Of a DNA stretch of 42,694 nucleotides, positions 17,098 through 26,592 are shown piece by piece. The position numbers and the translations under genes are program-made. The notes below the pieces were generated by a model. It saw only the letters and a program-made list of their open reading frames with translations. It was not told the DNA's origin and searched no databases. Origin of the DNA: an uncultured Vicinamibacteraceae bacterium (GTDB taxonomy: Bacteria; Acidobacteriota; Vicinamibacteria; Vicinamibacterales; UBA8438); contig CAYGCV010000001.1 in assembly GCA_964348425.1 (NCBI GenBank), forward strand, positions 1-42,694, in the 5' to 3' direction. Within the stretch, counting starts at the first letter, position 1. Each line of letters starts with the position of its first letter.

Positions 17098-18419
17098 CGC
17101 GCAGTCAGGCTGTAGAGCGGCACTCCCGCCCCCTGGAACGCGCCGCGGTAGCAGGGCTGGCATTCGGCACGCGCCGCCGTCACACCGTAGAAGCATCCCT
17201 CGACGAGCTGACGGGGCTGGCGGTCACGGCCGGGGCCGAGGTGGTGCTGCGCTCGGTGCAGGAGCGGCCGCGGCCGTCGCCGGCGCTGTTCGTGGGCCGC
17301 GGCAAGACCCGGACGCTGGCGGCCGCCTGCGACGAGGCCGGGGTCGAGCTCGTCATCTTCGACGACGAGCTGACGCCCGTGCAGCTCCGGAATCTGGAGG
17401 ATGCGCTCGGCCGTCGCGTGCTCGACCGCACGCAGCTCATCCTGGACATCTTCGCCGCGCGGGCCCGGACCCGGGAAGGCAAGCTGCAGGTCGAGCTGGC
17501 CCAGCTCCAGTACCTGCTGCCGCGCCTCGCGGGGATGGGGACCGCCATGTCGCGGCTCGGGGCGGGGATCGGGACGCGGGGGCCCGGCGAAACGAAGCTG
17601 GAGAGCGATCGACGGCGCATTCGCCAGCGCATCGCCCGCCTGCGGCGCGAGCTCGACACGGTCCGGCAGCGCCGGGCCCGCTCGCGCGACCGGCGCCGCA
17701 AGGACGCGGTGCCGACCGTGGCGCTCGTGGGGTACACCAACGCGGGCAAGACCTCGCTGTTCAACCGGCTGACGCGCAGCCACGCGGCGGCGTCCGGCGC
17801 GCTCTTCGCCACGCTGGATCCCCTGCTGCGGCCGGTCAGGCTGCCGGATCGGCGTGCGGTGCTCCTCTCCGACACCGTCGGCTTCATCGACCGGCTGCCG
17901 CACACCCTGGTGGCGGCGTTCCGGGCCACGCTCGAGGCCGTTGCCGAGGCGGATCTGCTCCTGCACGTGGTGGATGCCGCCCACCCGGCGCGGGCCGACC
18001 GGATCGCCGCGGTGCAGCGCGTGCTCGGCGAGGTCGAGGCCGCTTCGCTGCCGCAGGTGCTCGTCTTCAACAATTGCGATCAGGTCGACGAGGTCGATCG
18101 GGCGCGCCTGCGGCGGACGGAGGGCGACGCGGTGTGCGTCTCGGCCCGCACCGGCCTCGGGACCGACGCGCTCGTGTCGCTGATGACCGGCGCCGTCGAG
18201 ATGCAGAACAGCCGGGTGACCCTCGACTTCGATCAGACGGCGCCGGGCGACCGGCAGCGTCTCGCCGCGCTCTACCGCCACGGCCGGGTCCTGCGCCAGG
18301 TCGCCGGCGACGGGCACGTGTCCGTCGAGGCCGAGGTGCCCCGGCGCCTCATCGCCCAGTGGCGCGCGCAGGCGGGCGGCCGGCGTGCGGCGCCCGGCGA
18401 GGAGGCCGGCTCGCCGTGA
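17094..18419 (+). CDS. hflX: GTPase HflX
   Basis: GTG start overlaps the tsaC stop (GTGA). 'LIFDDELTPVQLRNLE', 'IFAARARTREGKLQVELAQL', G1 'GYTNAGKTSL', 'DTVGFI'. Confidence 0.92.
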   Translation: MTRSQAVERHSRPLERAAVAGLAFGTRRRHTVEASLDELTGLAVTAGAEVVLRSVQERPRPSPALFVGRGKTRTLAAACDEAGVELVIFDDELTPVQLRNLEDALGRRVLDRTQLILDIFAARARTREGKLQVELAQLQYLLPRLAGMGTAMSRLGAGIGTRGPGETKLESDRRRIRQRIARLRRELDTVRQRRARSRDRRRKDAVPTVALVGYTNAGKTSLFNRLTRSHAAASGALFATLDPLLRPVRLPDRRAVLLSDTVGFIDRLPHTLVAAFRATLEAVAEADLLLHVVDAAHPARADRIAAVQRVLGEVEAASLPQVLVFNNCDQVDEVDRARLRRTEGDAVCVSARTGLGTDALVSLMTGAVEMQNSRVTLDFDQTAPGDRQRLAALYRHGRVLRQVAGDGHVSVEAEVPRRLIAQWRAQAGGRRAAPGEEAGSP

Positions 18420-19756
18420 AGCGGATCGCGCTCCTGGTTCTCGTCGTGCTGGCAGTCGGCTGCGCGGCGCGCGTTCCGGTGGTAACGAGGCCCGCGTATC
18501 CCGACTACCTCTTCCCGACCGTGCCCGCCGTGTGGGTCGGTTCGGACGACGCGCGGCGCCACGAGGAGGCGTGGACCTTCCTGCAGGCCGGCGAGCTGGC
18601 GGGCGCCGAGCGCCGGTATCAGGCGCTGCTGGCGTCGAGCCCGGCCTTCTATCCGGCCGAGACGGGTCTGGGCTGGCTGAGCCTGGCGCGCGGCGACGCG
18701 CGGCAGGCCGCCGAGCACTTCGATCGCGCCGTCACCGCGGCCGCGACCTACCTGCCGGCGTGGATCGGGCGCGGGGAATCGATGCTCGCGCTCGACGACA
18801 CCGCCGAAGCGCTGCGATCGTTCGAGGCGGCGCTGAGCGTCGACGCCAGTCTGGCGCGGGTCGATCGCGTCGTCGGCGAGCTCCGGTTCAGGCTCGTCAG
18901 CGAGCGGCTCGCGCAGGCCCGCGACAGCGCGGCGGCCGGACGGTTCGACGAGGCGCGCGGCCTGTACGAGCGCGTCATCGCCACCTCGCCCGACAGCGCG
19001 TTCCTGCGGGTCGAGCTCGGCCGGGTCGAGCTCGGCCGGGGCGATCCGGCCCGCGCGCGCGAGCTCGCCCAGGAGGCGATGGCGCTGGATCCGTCGGATC
19101 CGGCGGCGTTCATCCTCGATGGCGAGCTGTATCTGGCGGCCGGGAACCTGGCGGAGGCGGCGGCGGCGTTCGGCCACGCCTATCGCCTCGACCCGAACGA
19201 GGACACCGCCCGGCGACTCGAGCGCATCAGGGACCGGCAGCAGCAGGGCGCCCTGCCGCCGGCCATCGCCGCCATCGGCTCGCGGCCGGAGGTGACGCGC
19301 GGGGAGCTGGCGGCGCTGATCGGCTCGCGGTTCGCGGGCCTGCTGCGGTCGGCGGCCCCGGGACGCACGGTCATCATCACCGACACGCGGGACCATTGGG
19401 GCCAGGCCTGGATTCTGGACGTGACCCGGGCCGGCGTGATGCAGGTCGACGCGGGATATCGTTTCGAGCCGGCGCGCAGCGTGCGCCGCGGCGAGCTGGC
19501 GGAGGTGGTCGACGCCCTGCTCGACCTGTTCGCTGCCGTCAATCCGGGGTCGGCGGCGAGCTGGGACGGCCCCCGGCAGGACTTCAGCGACATGCGTCCC
19601 GGTCATCTGAGCTACGCGTCCGCGGCACGGGCGGTGGCGGCCGGCGTGCTCGACGTCCTCGACGGCGGCACCTTTCAGCCCACCCGGCCGGTGGCCGGCG
19701 GAGAAGCGCTGCGGGCGGTCGAGCGGCTGACCGCCCTGGCGCGGGAGCTCCGGTAG
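18416..19756 (+). CDS. TPR-repeat lipoprotein with C-terminal SLH-like domains
   Basis: Track ORF 18074..19756 trimmed to GTG 18416, overlapping the hflX stop. Lipobox 'LLVLVVLAVGC'. TPR-like helices. SLH-like segments 'DTRDHWGQAWILDVTRAGVMQVDAGYRFEPARSVRRGELAEVV' and 'FSDMRPGHLSYASAARAVAAGVLDVLDGGTFQPTRPVAGGEALRAV'. Confidence 0.7.
   Translation: MKRIALLVLVVLAVGCAARVPVVTRPAYPDYLFPTVPAVWVGSDDARRHEEAWTFLQAGELAGAERRYQALLASSPAFYPAETGLGWLSLARGDARQAAEHFDRAVTAAATYLPAWIGRGESMLALDDTAEALRSFEAALSVDASLARVDRVVGELRFRLVSERLAQARDSAAAGRFDEARGLYERVIATSPDSAFLRVELGRVELGRGDPARARELAQEAMALDPSDPAAFILDGELYLAAGNLAEAAAAFGHAYRLDPNEDTARRLERIRDRQQQGALPPAIAAIGSRPEVTRGELAALIGSRFAGLLRSAAPGRTVIITDTRDHWGQAWILDVTRAGVMQVDAGYRFEPARSVRRGELAEVVDALLDLFAAVNPGSAASWDGPRQDFSDMRPGHLSYASAARAVAAGVLDVLDGGTFQPTRPVAGGEALRAVERLTALARELR
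19008..19037 (+). repeat. Perfect 15-bp in-frame tandem duplication (GGGTCGAGCTCGGCC x2)
   Basis: Read directly. Encodes 'RVELG RVELG' inside the TPR/SLH lipoprotein gene. Confidence 0.9.
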
Positions 19757-19763
19757 CCGCGCC

Positions 19764-20363
19764 ATGGCCATCCTCACGCTCGCCAACCAGTTGACACTGG
19801 GACGGCTGCTGCTCGTGCCCGTGCTCGTCATCCTCGTGATCTACGGGTACAACGGCTGGGCGCTGATCACGTTCGTCGTCGCGGGGGTCACCGACGGGCT
19901 CGACGGGCTCATCGCCCGCCGTTCCGGTCAGCGGACCAGCCTCGGGGCGCTGCTCGATCCGATGGCGGACAAGCTGCTCCTCGTCTCGACCTTCGTGGTG
20001 CTGACGATGCCGGGGCTGGCCCTGACGAACCGGCTGCCCATCTGGCTGACCGTGCTGGTCATCAGCCGCGACGTGATCATCGTGCTGACGGTGGCGGTGG
20101 TGAACCTGGCGGTCGACCGGTTCACGTTCCGGCCCTCGGTGCTGGGCAAGGTCACGACCTTCGTGTACATCCTCACCGGGAGCATCCTGCTGCTGTTCAA
20201 CTACCTCGAGCGGTCGTCCATCCTGGTCGACGCGTTCATCTGGGGGGCGCTCGTGGTGACGCTCGCCTCCGGCTTCCACTACATCGCGCACGCCGCGCAC
20301 GCCGTCAATCGGCGGCCGCTGCCGGGATCCGGCGCAGCTTCGCCCGAAAATACTCGATCGTAG
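19764..20363 (+). CDS. pgsA: CDP-diacylglycerol--glycerol-3-phosphate 3-phosphatidyltransferase
   Basis: CDP-alcohol phosphatidyltransferase motif '[28 protein letters not shown]'. Multiple TM helices. Confidence 0.85.
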   Translation: MAILTLANQLTLGRLLLVPVLVILVIYGYNGWALITFVVAGVTDGLDGLIARRSGQRTSLGALLDPMADKLLLVSTFVVLTMPGLALTNRLPIWLTVLVISRDVIIVLTVAVVNLAVDRFTFRPSVLGKVTTFVYILTGSILLLFNYLERSSILVDAFIWGALVVTLASGFHYIAHAAHAVNRRPLPGSGAASPENTRS

Positions 20364-21264
20364 CGGCGAGACCCTCGTCCAGCGGGACGCGCGGCTCCCA
20401 GCCGAGCAGCTCGCGCGCGCGGGCGATGTCGGGCTGGCGCACCCTGGGATCGTCGACGGGCAGAGGCTTGTGCACGATCGTGGACCGCGAACCCGTCGCC
20501 GCGATGATCCGCCGGGCGAGCTCGGCGATGGACAGCTCGAGCGGATTGCCGAGATTGACAGGCTCGGTCGTCTGCGCGTGCATCAGCCGGATGACCCCGT
20601 CGACCAGGTCGCTGATGTAGCACAGGCTGCGCGTCTGCTCGCCGTCGCCGTACACGGTCACGTCCTGCCCGCGCAGCGCCTGGGCGATGAAGTTCGGGAC
20701 GGCCCGTCCGTCGTCGATCCGCATGCGCGGGCCGTACGTGTTGAAGATCCGCGCGATGCGGGTGTCGAGGCCGTGGTAGCGGTGGTAGGCCGTGGTCATG
20801 GCCTCGGCGAAGCGCTTGGCCTCGTCGTAGACGCCGCGGGGCCCAATCGGGTTGACGTTGCCCCAGTACGCCTCGGACTGCGGGTGCTCCAGCGGATCGC
20901 CGTACACCTCGGAGGTCGACGCCAGCACGAACGTCGCGCGCTTGGCGAGGGCCAGCCCCAGCGCGTTGTGCGTGCCCAGGGCGCCCACCTTGAGCGTCGG
21001 GATAGGGAAGTTCAGGTAGTCGGCCGGGCTGGCCGGACTGGCCCAGTGCAGGACGAAGTCGACCGGCTCGTCCAGGCGGATGTGGTTGGTGACGTCCTGC
21101 TCGACGAAGCGGAAGCCGCGTTCAGTCAGGTGGGCGACGTTCGCCGCGTCGCCCGTCAGCAGGTTGTCGATGCCGACCACCGCGTGGCCGCGCGCGATCA
21201 GCGCCTCGCTCAGATGCGACCCGATGAAGCCGGCAGCGCCGGTGATGACGACGGTTCGCTTCAC
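20305..21264 (-). CDS. uxs: UDP-glucuronate decarboxylase (UDP-xylose synthase), SDR family
   Basis: Track ORF 20305..21372 trimmed to GTG 21264 ('[18 protein letters not shown]'). Catalytic 'YDEAKR'. '[10 protein letters not shown]'. The ATG 21372 start cannot be excluded. Confidence 0.85.
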   Translation of the reverse strand: MKRTVVITGAAGFIGSHLSEALIARGHAVVGIDNLLTGDAANVAHLTERGFRFVEQDVTNHIRLDEPVDFVLHWASPASPADYLNFPIPTLKVGALGTHNALGLALAKRATFVLASTSEVYGDPLEHPQSEAYWGNVNPIGPRGVYDEAKRFAEAMTTAYHRYHGLDTRIARIFNTYGPRMRIDDGRAVPNFIAQALRGQDVTVYGDGEQTRSLCYISDLVDGVIRLMHAQTTEPVNLGNPLELSIAELARRIIAATGSRSTIVHKPLPVDDPRVRQPDIARARELLGWEPRVPLDEGLAATIEYFRAKLRRIPAAAAD

Positions 21265-21413
21265 GGCGCACGGTGGCGGCGTAAGAGCCTTGCTGCCAGT
21301 TACTTGAAGCCGGATGAAGCCTTCGACGGCCGACACAGTGTACGCCGTGTCGGCGCGCGTGTCCAAGGGCATGTGCTATGGTCCGGGTCGTCCGGATACC
21401 GGGAGTGGAGCGA

Positions 21414-22829
21414 ATGGCGCAGGCACAGCGGACAGGCAGACGATCTCGGGCAGCGGCGAGGTGGCTGGGCGCGCTGGCGGCCGGCCTGCTGGGCGCGGCG
21501 CCCGCCGCCGGGCAGGTGACGCCGGTCGATCTCCAGGATCGAGCCGTCGAATGGCTCCGGGATTACATCCGGATCGACACGGTCAACCCGCCCGGCAACG
21601 AGATCGCCGGCGCCAGGTTCCTGGCCGCGATCCTCGAGGCGGAGGGCATCCCGTACGAGATGGTGGAGTCGGCTCCCGGGCGCGGCAACCTCTGGGCGCG
21701 CCTGGACGGGGGCGACGCGCCGGATCTCGTGCTGCTGCACCACATCGACGTCGTGCCGGCGGATCCCGACTACTGGACCGTGGATCCCCTGGCGGGCGAG
21801 GTCCTTGACGGCGTGCTGTACGGCCGCGGGACCATCGACACCAAGGGGCTCGGCATCGCCCACCTCGCGGCCTTCCTCGACCTGCATCGATCCGGGGCGA
21901 CGCTGGATCGCGACGTCATCTTCATGGCGACGGCCGACGAGGAGGCGGGCGGTTTCTTCGGCGTCGGCTGGCTCGTGGAGCAGCGGCCCGAGCTGTTCGC
22001 CGACGTGGGCTACGTGCTCAACGAGGGCGGGGTGAGCGCGGTCGTGGACGGCGAGGTGCAGGTGGCGGTCGAGGTGACGCAGAAGGTGCCGTACTGGCTG
22101 CGGCTCACGTCGTTCGGGCGCCCCGGCCACGGCTCGCGGCCGCGGGAGGCGACGGCGGTGACGCGGCTGGTGGCGGCGCTCGACCGGCTGCGGGCGCACG
22201 AGTTCGAGGCGCGGATCGTGCCCGCGGTGGACGTCTACTTCCGGGGGCTGGCGCCGAGCATGCCGCCGGCGTGGCGCAGCCGGTACGCCGCCATGGACGC
22301 AGCGCTGCGCGAGCCCGGCGTCCCGGAGGCGCTGCTGCGCGAGTTTCCGGGCCACTACGGGCTGACGCGCAACACCTGCAACATCACGCGACTGGGTGCC
22401 AGCGACAAGATCAACGTGGTGCCGACCGAGGCCTGGGCTGAGGTCGACTGCCGCCTGCTGCCCGACCAGGATCCGCAGGCGTTTCTCGCGGAGCTGGGTC
22501 GCATCCTGGGCCGCGACGTGGCCGTCGAGACGCAGATGGGCTTCACGCCGGCCGTCTCCTCGTCGGAGACCGGCCTGTTCCGCCTGCTCGAGGAGGTGAC
22601 GCGGACGCACTTCCCGGACGCGACCGTCGTGCCGTCCGTGACGACCGGCTTCACCGACAGCCACTTCCTGCGCGACCTCGACATCATCGCCTACGGCTAC
22701 AGCCCGTTCGCCATCCCCCTGGCCGATCGCGCCGGCGTCCACGGCAACGACGAGCGCCTGTCGATCGAGAACATCCGCCGCGGCGTGCGGGTGATGTCGG
22801 ACGTGGTCCGCGGCTGGGCCGCGGAGTAG
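21414..22829 (+). CDS. Secreted M20-family metallopeptidase
   Basis: Track ORF 21378..22829 trimmed to ATG 21414 (GGAGTGGAG SD). Signal 'RRSRAAARWLGALAAGLLGAAPAAG'. 'LLHHIDVVP', 'GRGTIDTKG', 'ADEEAGG'. Confidence 0.85.
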   Translation: MAQAQRTGRRSRAAARWLGALAAGLLGAAPAAGQVTPVDLQDRAVEWLRDYIRIDTVNPPGNEIAGARFLAAILEAEGIPYEMVESAPGRGNLWARLDGGDAPDLVLLHHIDVVPADPDYWTVDPLAGEVLDGVLYGRGTIDTKGLGIAHLAAFLDLHRSGATLDRDVIFMATADEEAGGFFGVGWLVEQRPELFADVGYVLNEGGVSAVVDGEVQVAVEVTQKVPYWLRLTSFGRPGHGSRPREATAVTRLVAALDRLRAHEFEARIVPAVDVYFRGLAPSMPPAWRSRYAAMDAALREPGVPEALLREFPGHYGLTRNTCNITRLGASDKINVVPTEAWAEVDCRLLPDQDPQAFLAELGRILGRDVAVETQMGFTPAVSSSETGLFRLLEEVTRTHFPDATVVPSVTTGFTDSHFLRDLDIIAYGYSPFAIPLADRAGVHGNDERLSIENIRRGVRVMSDVVRGWAAE

Positions 22830-22842
22830 CCCCCGCAGACTC

Positions 22843-24282
22843 CTAATACGCGTGCCGGTGAAAGAGCACGCGCACGAGCGTCAGCCAGAGGATCTTGAAG
22901 TCGAGCGACACCGACCAGTGCTCGATGTAGTACAGGTCGTGCTCGATGCGCTTCTCGATCGAGGTGTCGCCCCGCCAGCCGTTGACCTGGGCCCAGCCGG
23001 TGAGTCCGGACCTGACCTTGTGCCGCAGCATGTACTTCGGCACGCGGTCCCGGAACTGCTCGACGAAGAACGGGCGCTCCGGCCGCGGGCCGACCAGCGA
23101 CATGTCGCCGCGCAGCACGTTCCAGAGCTGCGGCAGCTCGTCCAGGCTGAAGCGGCGCAGAAACCGCCCGACGGGCGTGCGGCGCGGGTCGTTCGCCCGC
23201 GCCCACACGGGTCCGGTCTCGCGCTCCGCGTCGTCGTACATGGAGCGGAACTTGAGCACGAGGAACGGCCGCCGGTCGAGCCCCATCCGCTCCTGCCGAT
23301 AGAGTACCGGTCCCGGCGAGGTCCAGCGGATGAGCGCCGCGATCACGGCGAACGGGACCAGCAGCACGGCCAGGGCCGCCGCGGCGACCGCGACGTCGAT
23401 GGCGCGCTTGACGAGGCCGCTGAGTCCCTGCAGCGGCACGTCGTTGATGTTGATGATCGGGACGCCGTCGAGATCCTCGAGGCGGGCGCGCAGCGTGATG
23501 ACGTGCAGCAGGTCGGGCGCGACCTTGACGTCGATGCATTCCCGGTCGGCCATCTCGATCAGGTCGATCATCCTGGCGTGCTCGTCCAGGGGCAGCGCGA
23601 TGTAGAGCTGATCGATCCGCTCCCGCCGGATGATCTCGCCGGCGTCGGCGATCTGCCCGAGCAGCGGGAGTCCACGGTAGCCCGTGGTGTCGCCGCCCGC
23701 GCTGTCGTCGACGAGTCCGATGACGCGGTAGCCGAGCTCGCCGTGCTGGAGGATCTTGTCGGCGACGTGCCGGGCCAGCTCGCCGGCCCCCGCGATGAGC
23801 ACCCGCTTGAGGCCGAGACCGGCCCGGAAGCGCCGCTGCATGACGCGCCGCACGGCCTCGCGCGCGGAGAACGTCAACCCGACGCCGAGCAGCAGGTGCA
23901 GCATCCACACGATCCGCGATACCTCGTAGGTGCCCGCCGCCCGATCCGCCGGGCTCGCGTCGTAGACCTGGAAGTACAGCGTGCCGAGCAGGCCGGCGAC
24001 GACGACGACGACGTTGCCGACGAGCACGGCGAAGAAGTCGTCGACGCGTGTCCGGTTCCGCCGCAGCCGGTACGCGCCCTGGAGGTGGAACGCCAGCGGG
24101 ACGAGCAGCCCGATGAACGGGATCAGGACGAGATACTGCCCGAAGGGCGGCTGGCCCTTGGGCGCGGCGATGAGCCCCGCCTCGAAGCGGATGGCGTACG
24201 CCAGCCCGAAGGCGGCCATGCCGAGCAGCGCGTCCGCCACCGCGTGGCAGGCGGCGAGCCGCCGGGTCAGACGCACCGTCAC
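22843..24282 (-). CDS. Polyprenyl-phosphate glycosyl-1-phosphate transferase (EPS priming sugar transferase, WcaJ/EpsB-like)
   Basis: N-terminal TM helices, central NAD/CoA-like domain, C-terminal 'PGPVLYRQERMGLDRRPFLVLKFRSM..DELPQLWNVLRGDMSLVGPRPERP'. Confidence 0.88.
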   Translation of the reverse strand: MTVRLTRRLAACHAVADALLGMAAFGLAYAIRFEAGLIAAPKGQPPFGQYLVLIPFIGLLVPLAFHLQGAYRLRRNRTRVDDFFAVLVGNVVVVVAGLLGTLYFQVYDASPADRAAGTYEVSRIVWMLHLLLGVGLTFSAREAVRRVMQRRFRAGLGLKRVLIAGAGELARHVADKILQHGELGYRVIGLVDDSAGGDTTGYRGLPLLGQIADAGEIIRRERIDQLYIALPLDEHARMIDLIEMADRECIDVKVAPDLLHVITLRARLEDLDGVPIININDVPLQGLSGLVKRAIDVAVAAAALAVLLVPFAVIAALIRWTSPGPVLYRQERMGLDRRPFLVLKFRSMYDDAERETGPVWARANDPRRTPVGRFLRRFSLDELPQLWNVLRGDMSLVGPRPERPFFVEQFRDRVPKYMLRHKVRSGLTGWAQVNGWRGDTSIEKRIEHDLYYIEHWSVSLDFKILWLTLVRVLFHRHAY

Positions 24283-25460
24283 GCGCCGCCCCCTGCGGGG
24301 GGCGCGAGCGCGGCCTCGATCCGGCCGCGCATCTCCTCGTAGAACCGCTCGAGGGAGAACCGCAGCGCCTGCTCGCGGATGTGGGCCGCGTCGAACTCGA
24401 GGGCGGCGGCGCGCGCAATCCCGGCGGCGAATGCCTCGGCGCCCGCGTCCTCCACCAGGATGCCGGTGGTGCCGTCCGACACGGTCTCCGCCGCGCCCCC
24501 CCGCGCCAGGCCCACGACCGGCCGGCCGCAGGCGAGCGCCTCCACCGGGGCGATGCCGAAGTCCTCCTCGCCCGGCAGCAGCATCGCGCGCGACCCTCGG
24601 TACAGCTCGCGGATGTCGGCGTCCGAGCAGGGGCCGAGGAACTCGACGTGCGGGCCGGCCAGCGACCGCAGCCGCTCGCGCTCCGGCCCGTCACCGGCAA
24701 TCCGGAGCGGCACGCCGGCCAGGCGGCAGGCTTCTATCGCCACGTCCACCTGTTTGTACGGCACCAGCGCGGAGACGATCAAGAAGTAGGAGCCGGGCGC
24801 CGATCCGTTCGGGTGGTAGAAGGTCGTGTCGACGGGCGGATAGACGACCGCCGCGCAGCGGCCGTAGTACTCGCGGATTCTGGCGGCGACGTGCCGCGAG
24901 ATGGCGACGTACTGGTCCACCCGCCCGGCGGTCGCCGCGTCCCAGCGGGCCAGGCGGCCGAAGGCCAGCCGGTACAGCCGGTTGCGCAGCCAGCCGACGC
25001 GCTGCCGCCCGAAGTAGGCATCGAACTGGTCCCACGCGTACCGCATGGGGGTGAAGCAGTAGCACAGGTGGTGAGCGCGCCCGGGGGGGACGACCGACTT
25101 CGCCACGCAGTGGCTGGTGCTGATGACGAGGTCGAAGTCGTCGAGGTCGAACTGCTCGATGGCAATCGGAAACAGGCCGACGTAGCGCCGGTAGTGGCGC
25201 CGCGCCCACGGCAGGAACTGGACGAACGAGCGCCGCGGCCGCGTGGCGTCGAGGCGCGACGACACGGAGCCGGGGACGTGCAGCAGGGTGAACACCTCGG
25301 CGTTTGGCAGGAGCTGCGTCAGCGCCTCGAGCACCTTCTCGCCGCCGCGCATGCCGGTGAGCCAGTCGTGCACGAGCGCGACGCGCGCGCCGCCGAGGTC
25401 GGCCGGCCGCACCGGGCGTTCCTGCCACTCCGTGCCGAGGGGGAGAACGTCGGCCACCAC
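24279..25460 (-). CDS. Glycosyltransferase family 4 (GT-B)
   Basis: 'ALVHDWLTGMRGGEKVLEAL' N-domain and 'EEDFGIAPVEALACGRPVV' EX7E region. Its stop overlaps the start of the priming transferase by 4 nt. Confidence 0.8.
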   Translation of the reverse strand: MVADVLPLGTEWQERPVRPADLGGARVALVHDWLTGMRGGEKVLEALTQLLPNAEVFTLLHVPGSVSSRLDATRPRRSFVQFLPWARRHYRRYVGLFPIAIEQFDLDDFDLVISTSHCVAKSVVPPGRAHHLCYCFTPMRYAWDQFDAYFGRQRVGWLRNRLYRLAFGRLARWDAATAGRVDQYVAISRHVAARIREYYGRCAAVVYPPVDTTFYHPNGSAPGSYFLIVSALVPYKQVDVAIEACRLAGVPLRIAGDGPERERLRSLAGPHVEFLGPCSDADIRELYRGSRAMLLPGEEDFGIAPVEALACGRPVVGLARGGAAETVSDGTTGILVEDAGAEAFAAGIARAAALEFDAAHIREQALRFSLERFYEEMRGRIEAALAPPAGGGA

Positions 25461-25470
25461 AGGCTCCCGG

Positions 25471-26583
25471 TCAGGCGGCGGCCAGCTCCTGGTAGATCCG
25501 TCGAATCTGCCGCACCGATTCCGGCCACGAGAACGACCGCGCCCGCACCAGGCCGCGCGACCTCAGGTCCTCGCGGAGGGTGCGGTCGGTCAGCACCTGC
25601 CGGATGCCGTCGGCGATGGCCCGGGGGTCGTAGGGGTTGACCAGGACCCCCGCGTCGCCGACCACTTCGGGGAGCGACGAGACGTTGGAGACGACCACCG
25701 GGGTGCCGCTGGCCATCGCCTCGAGTGGGGGCAGGCCGAATCCCTCGTACAGGGACGGGAAGACGAAGACGTCGGCCAGCCGGTAGAGCGCCGCGAGCGT
25801 GGCCTCCGACTGGTAGCCCAGGAACCGCACATGCTTGTGCAGGTTGTAGCGGTGCACGGCCCGCCGCAGCGTGGAGTAGCGGGAGACCTCGCTGCCCGTG
25901 ATGAGGAGCTTGAGGTCGTCGAGCCCCTCCTGGCGGAGCAGGACGAAGGCGCCGATGAGGCGCTCGAGGTTCTTGTGCGGCTTCACGTTGCCGGCGTACA
26001 TCAGGAATCGATCGTGCAACTGGTAGCGTTCGCGCACGCGCACGATCTCTTCCTCGGGGGGCTGCCGGTGGAAGCGCTCGTCGATGGCGTTGTGGATGAC
26101 CGTGACCTTCGAGCCCGGCACGTCGAAGAAGCGCAGGATGTCGCTCTTCGAGGCTTCCGAGACGGTGAGGATGCGGCTGGCCCGGCGCACGGCGGTCGCG
26201 AACATGGCCCGCGCATAGGCGTACGACAAACGGCTCGGCAGGTACTGCGGAAAGATCAGGTGGATGCAGTCGTGAATCGTGACGAGCGAGCGACACGGCG
26301 TCAGCACGGGCAGGACGTAGTGGGGCGTGTGGAACAGGTTGGGCGCCGCGCGCCCGAGACGGATCGGGACCGAGAGCTGCTCGCGCAGCGAGTACTGGCC
26401 GGCGGCCTCCGGGACCCCGCGAAAGTTGGCGCCCAGTTGGCCGGCGAGATCGCCGTCGTCCGGCCGGGTGAGCAGCACGTACTCGGTGTCGCGGTCCAGC
26501 CGGGCGAGCTGGCGCAGCAGGTTGCGCACGTACGTGCCGACGCCGAAGTCGTGCAGCTTGCGCACGTCTATCGCGATTCGCAC
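25471..26583 (-). CDS. Glycosyltransferase family 4 (GT-B)
   Basis: GTG start 26583. '[19 protein letters not shown]', '[28 protein letters not shown]'. Confidence 0.85.
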   Translation of the reverse strand: MRIAIDVRKLHDFGVGTYVRNLLRQLARLDRDTEYVLLTRPDDGDLAGQLGANFRGVPEAAGQYSLREQLSVPIRLGRAAPNLFHTPHYVLPVLTPCRSLVTIHDCIHLIFPQYLPSRLSYAYARAMFATAVRRASRILTVSEASKSDILRFFDVPGSKVTVIHNAIDERFHRQPPEEEIVRVRERYQLHDRFLMYAGNVKPHKNLERLIGAFVLLRQEGLDDLKLLITGSEVSRYSTLRRAVHRYNLHKHVRFLGYQSEATLAALYRLADVFVFPSLYEGFGLPPLEAMASGTPVVVSNVSSLPEVVGDAGVLVNPYDPRAIADGIRQVLTDRTLREDLRSRGLVRARSFSWPESVRQIRRIYQELAAA

Positions 26584-26592
26584 CGTAATTGA

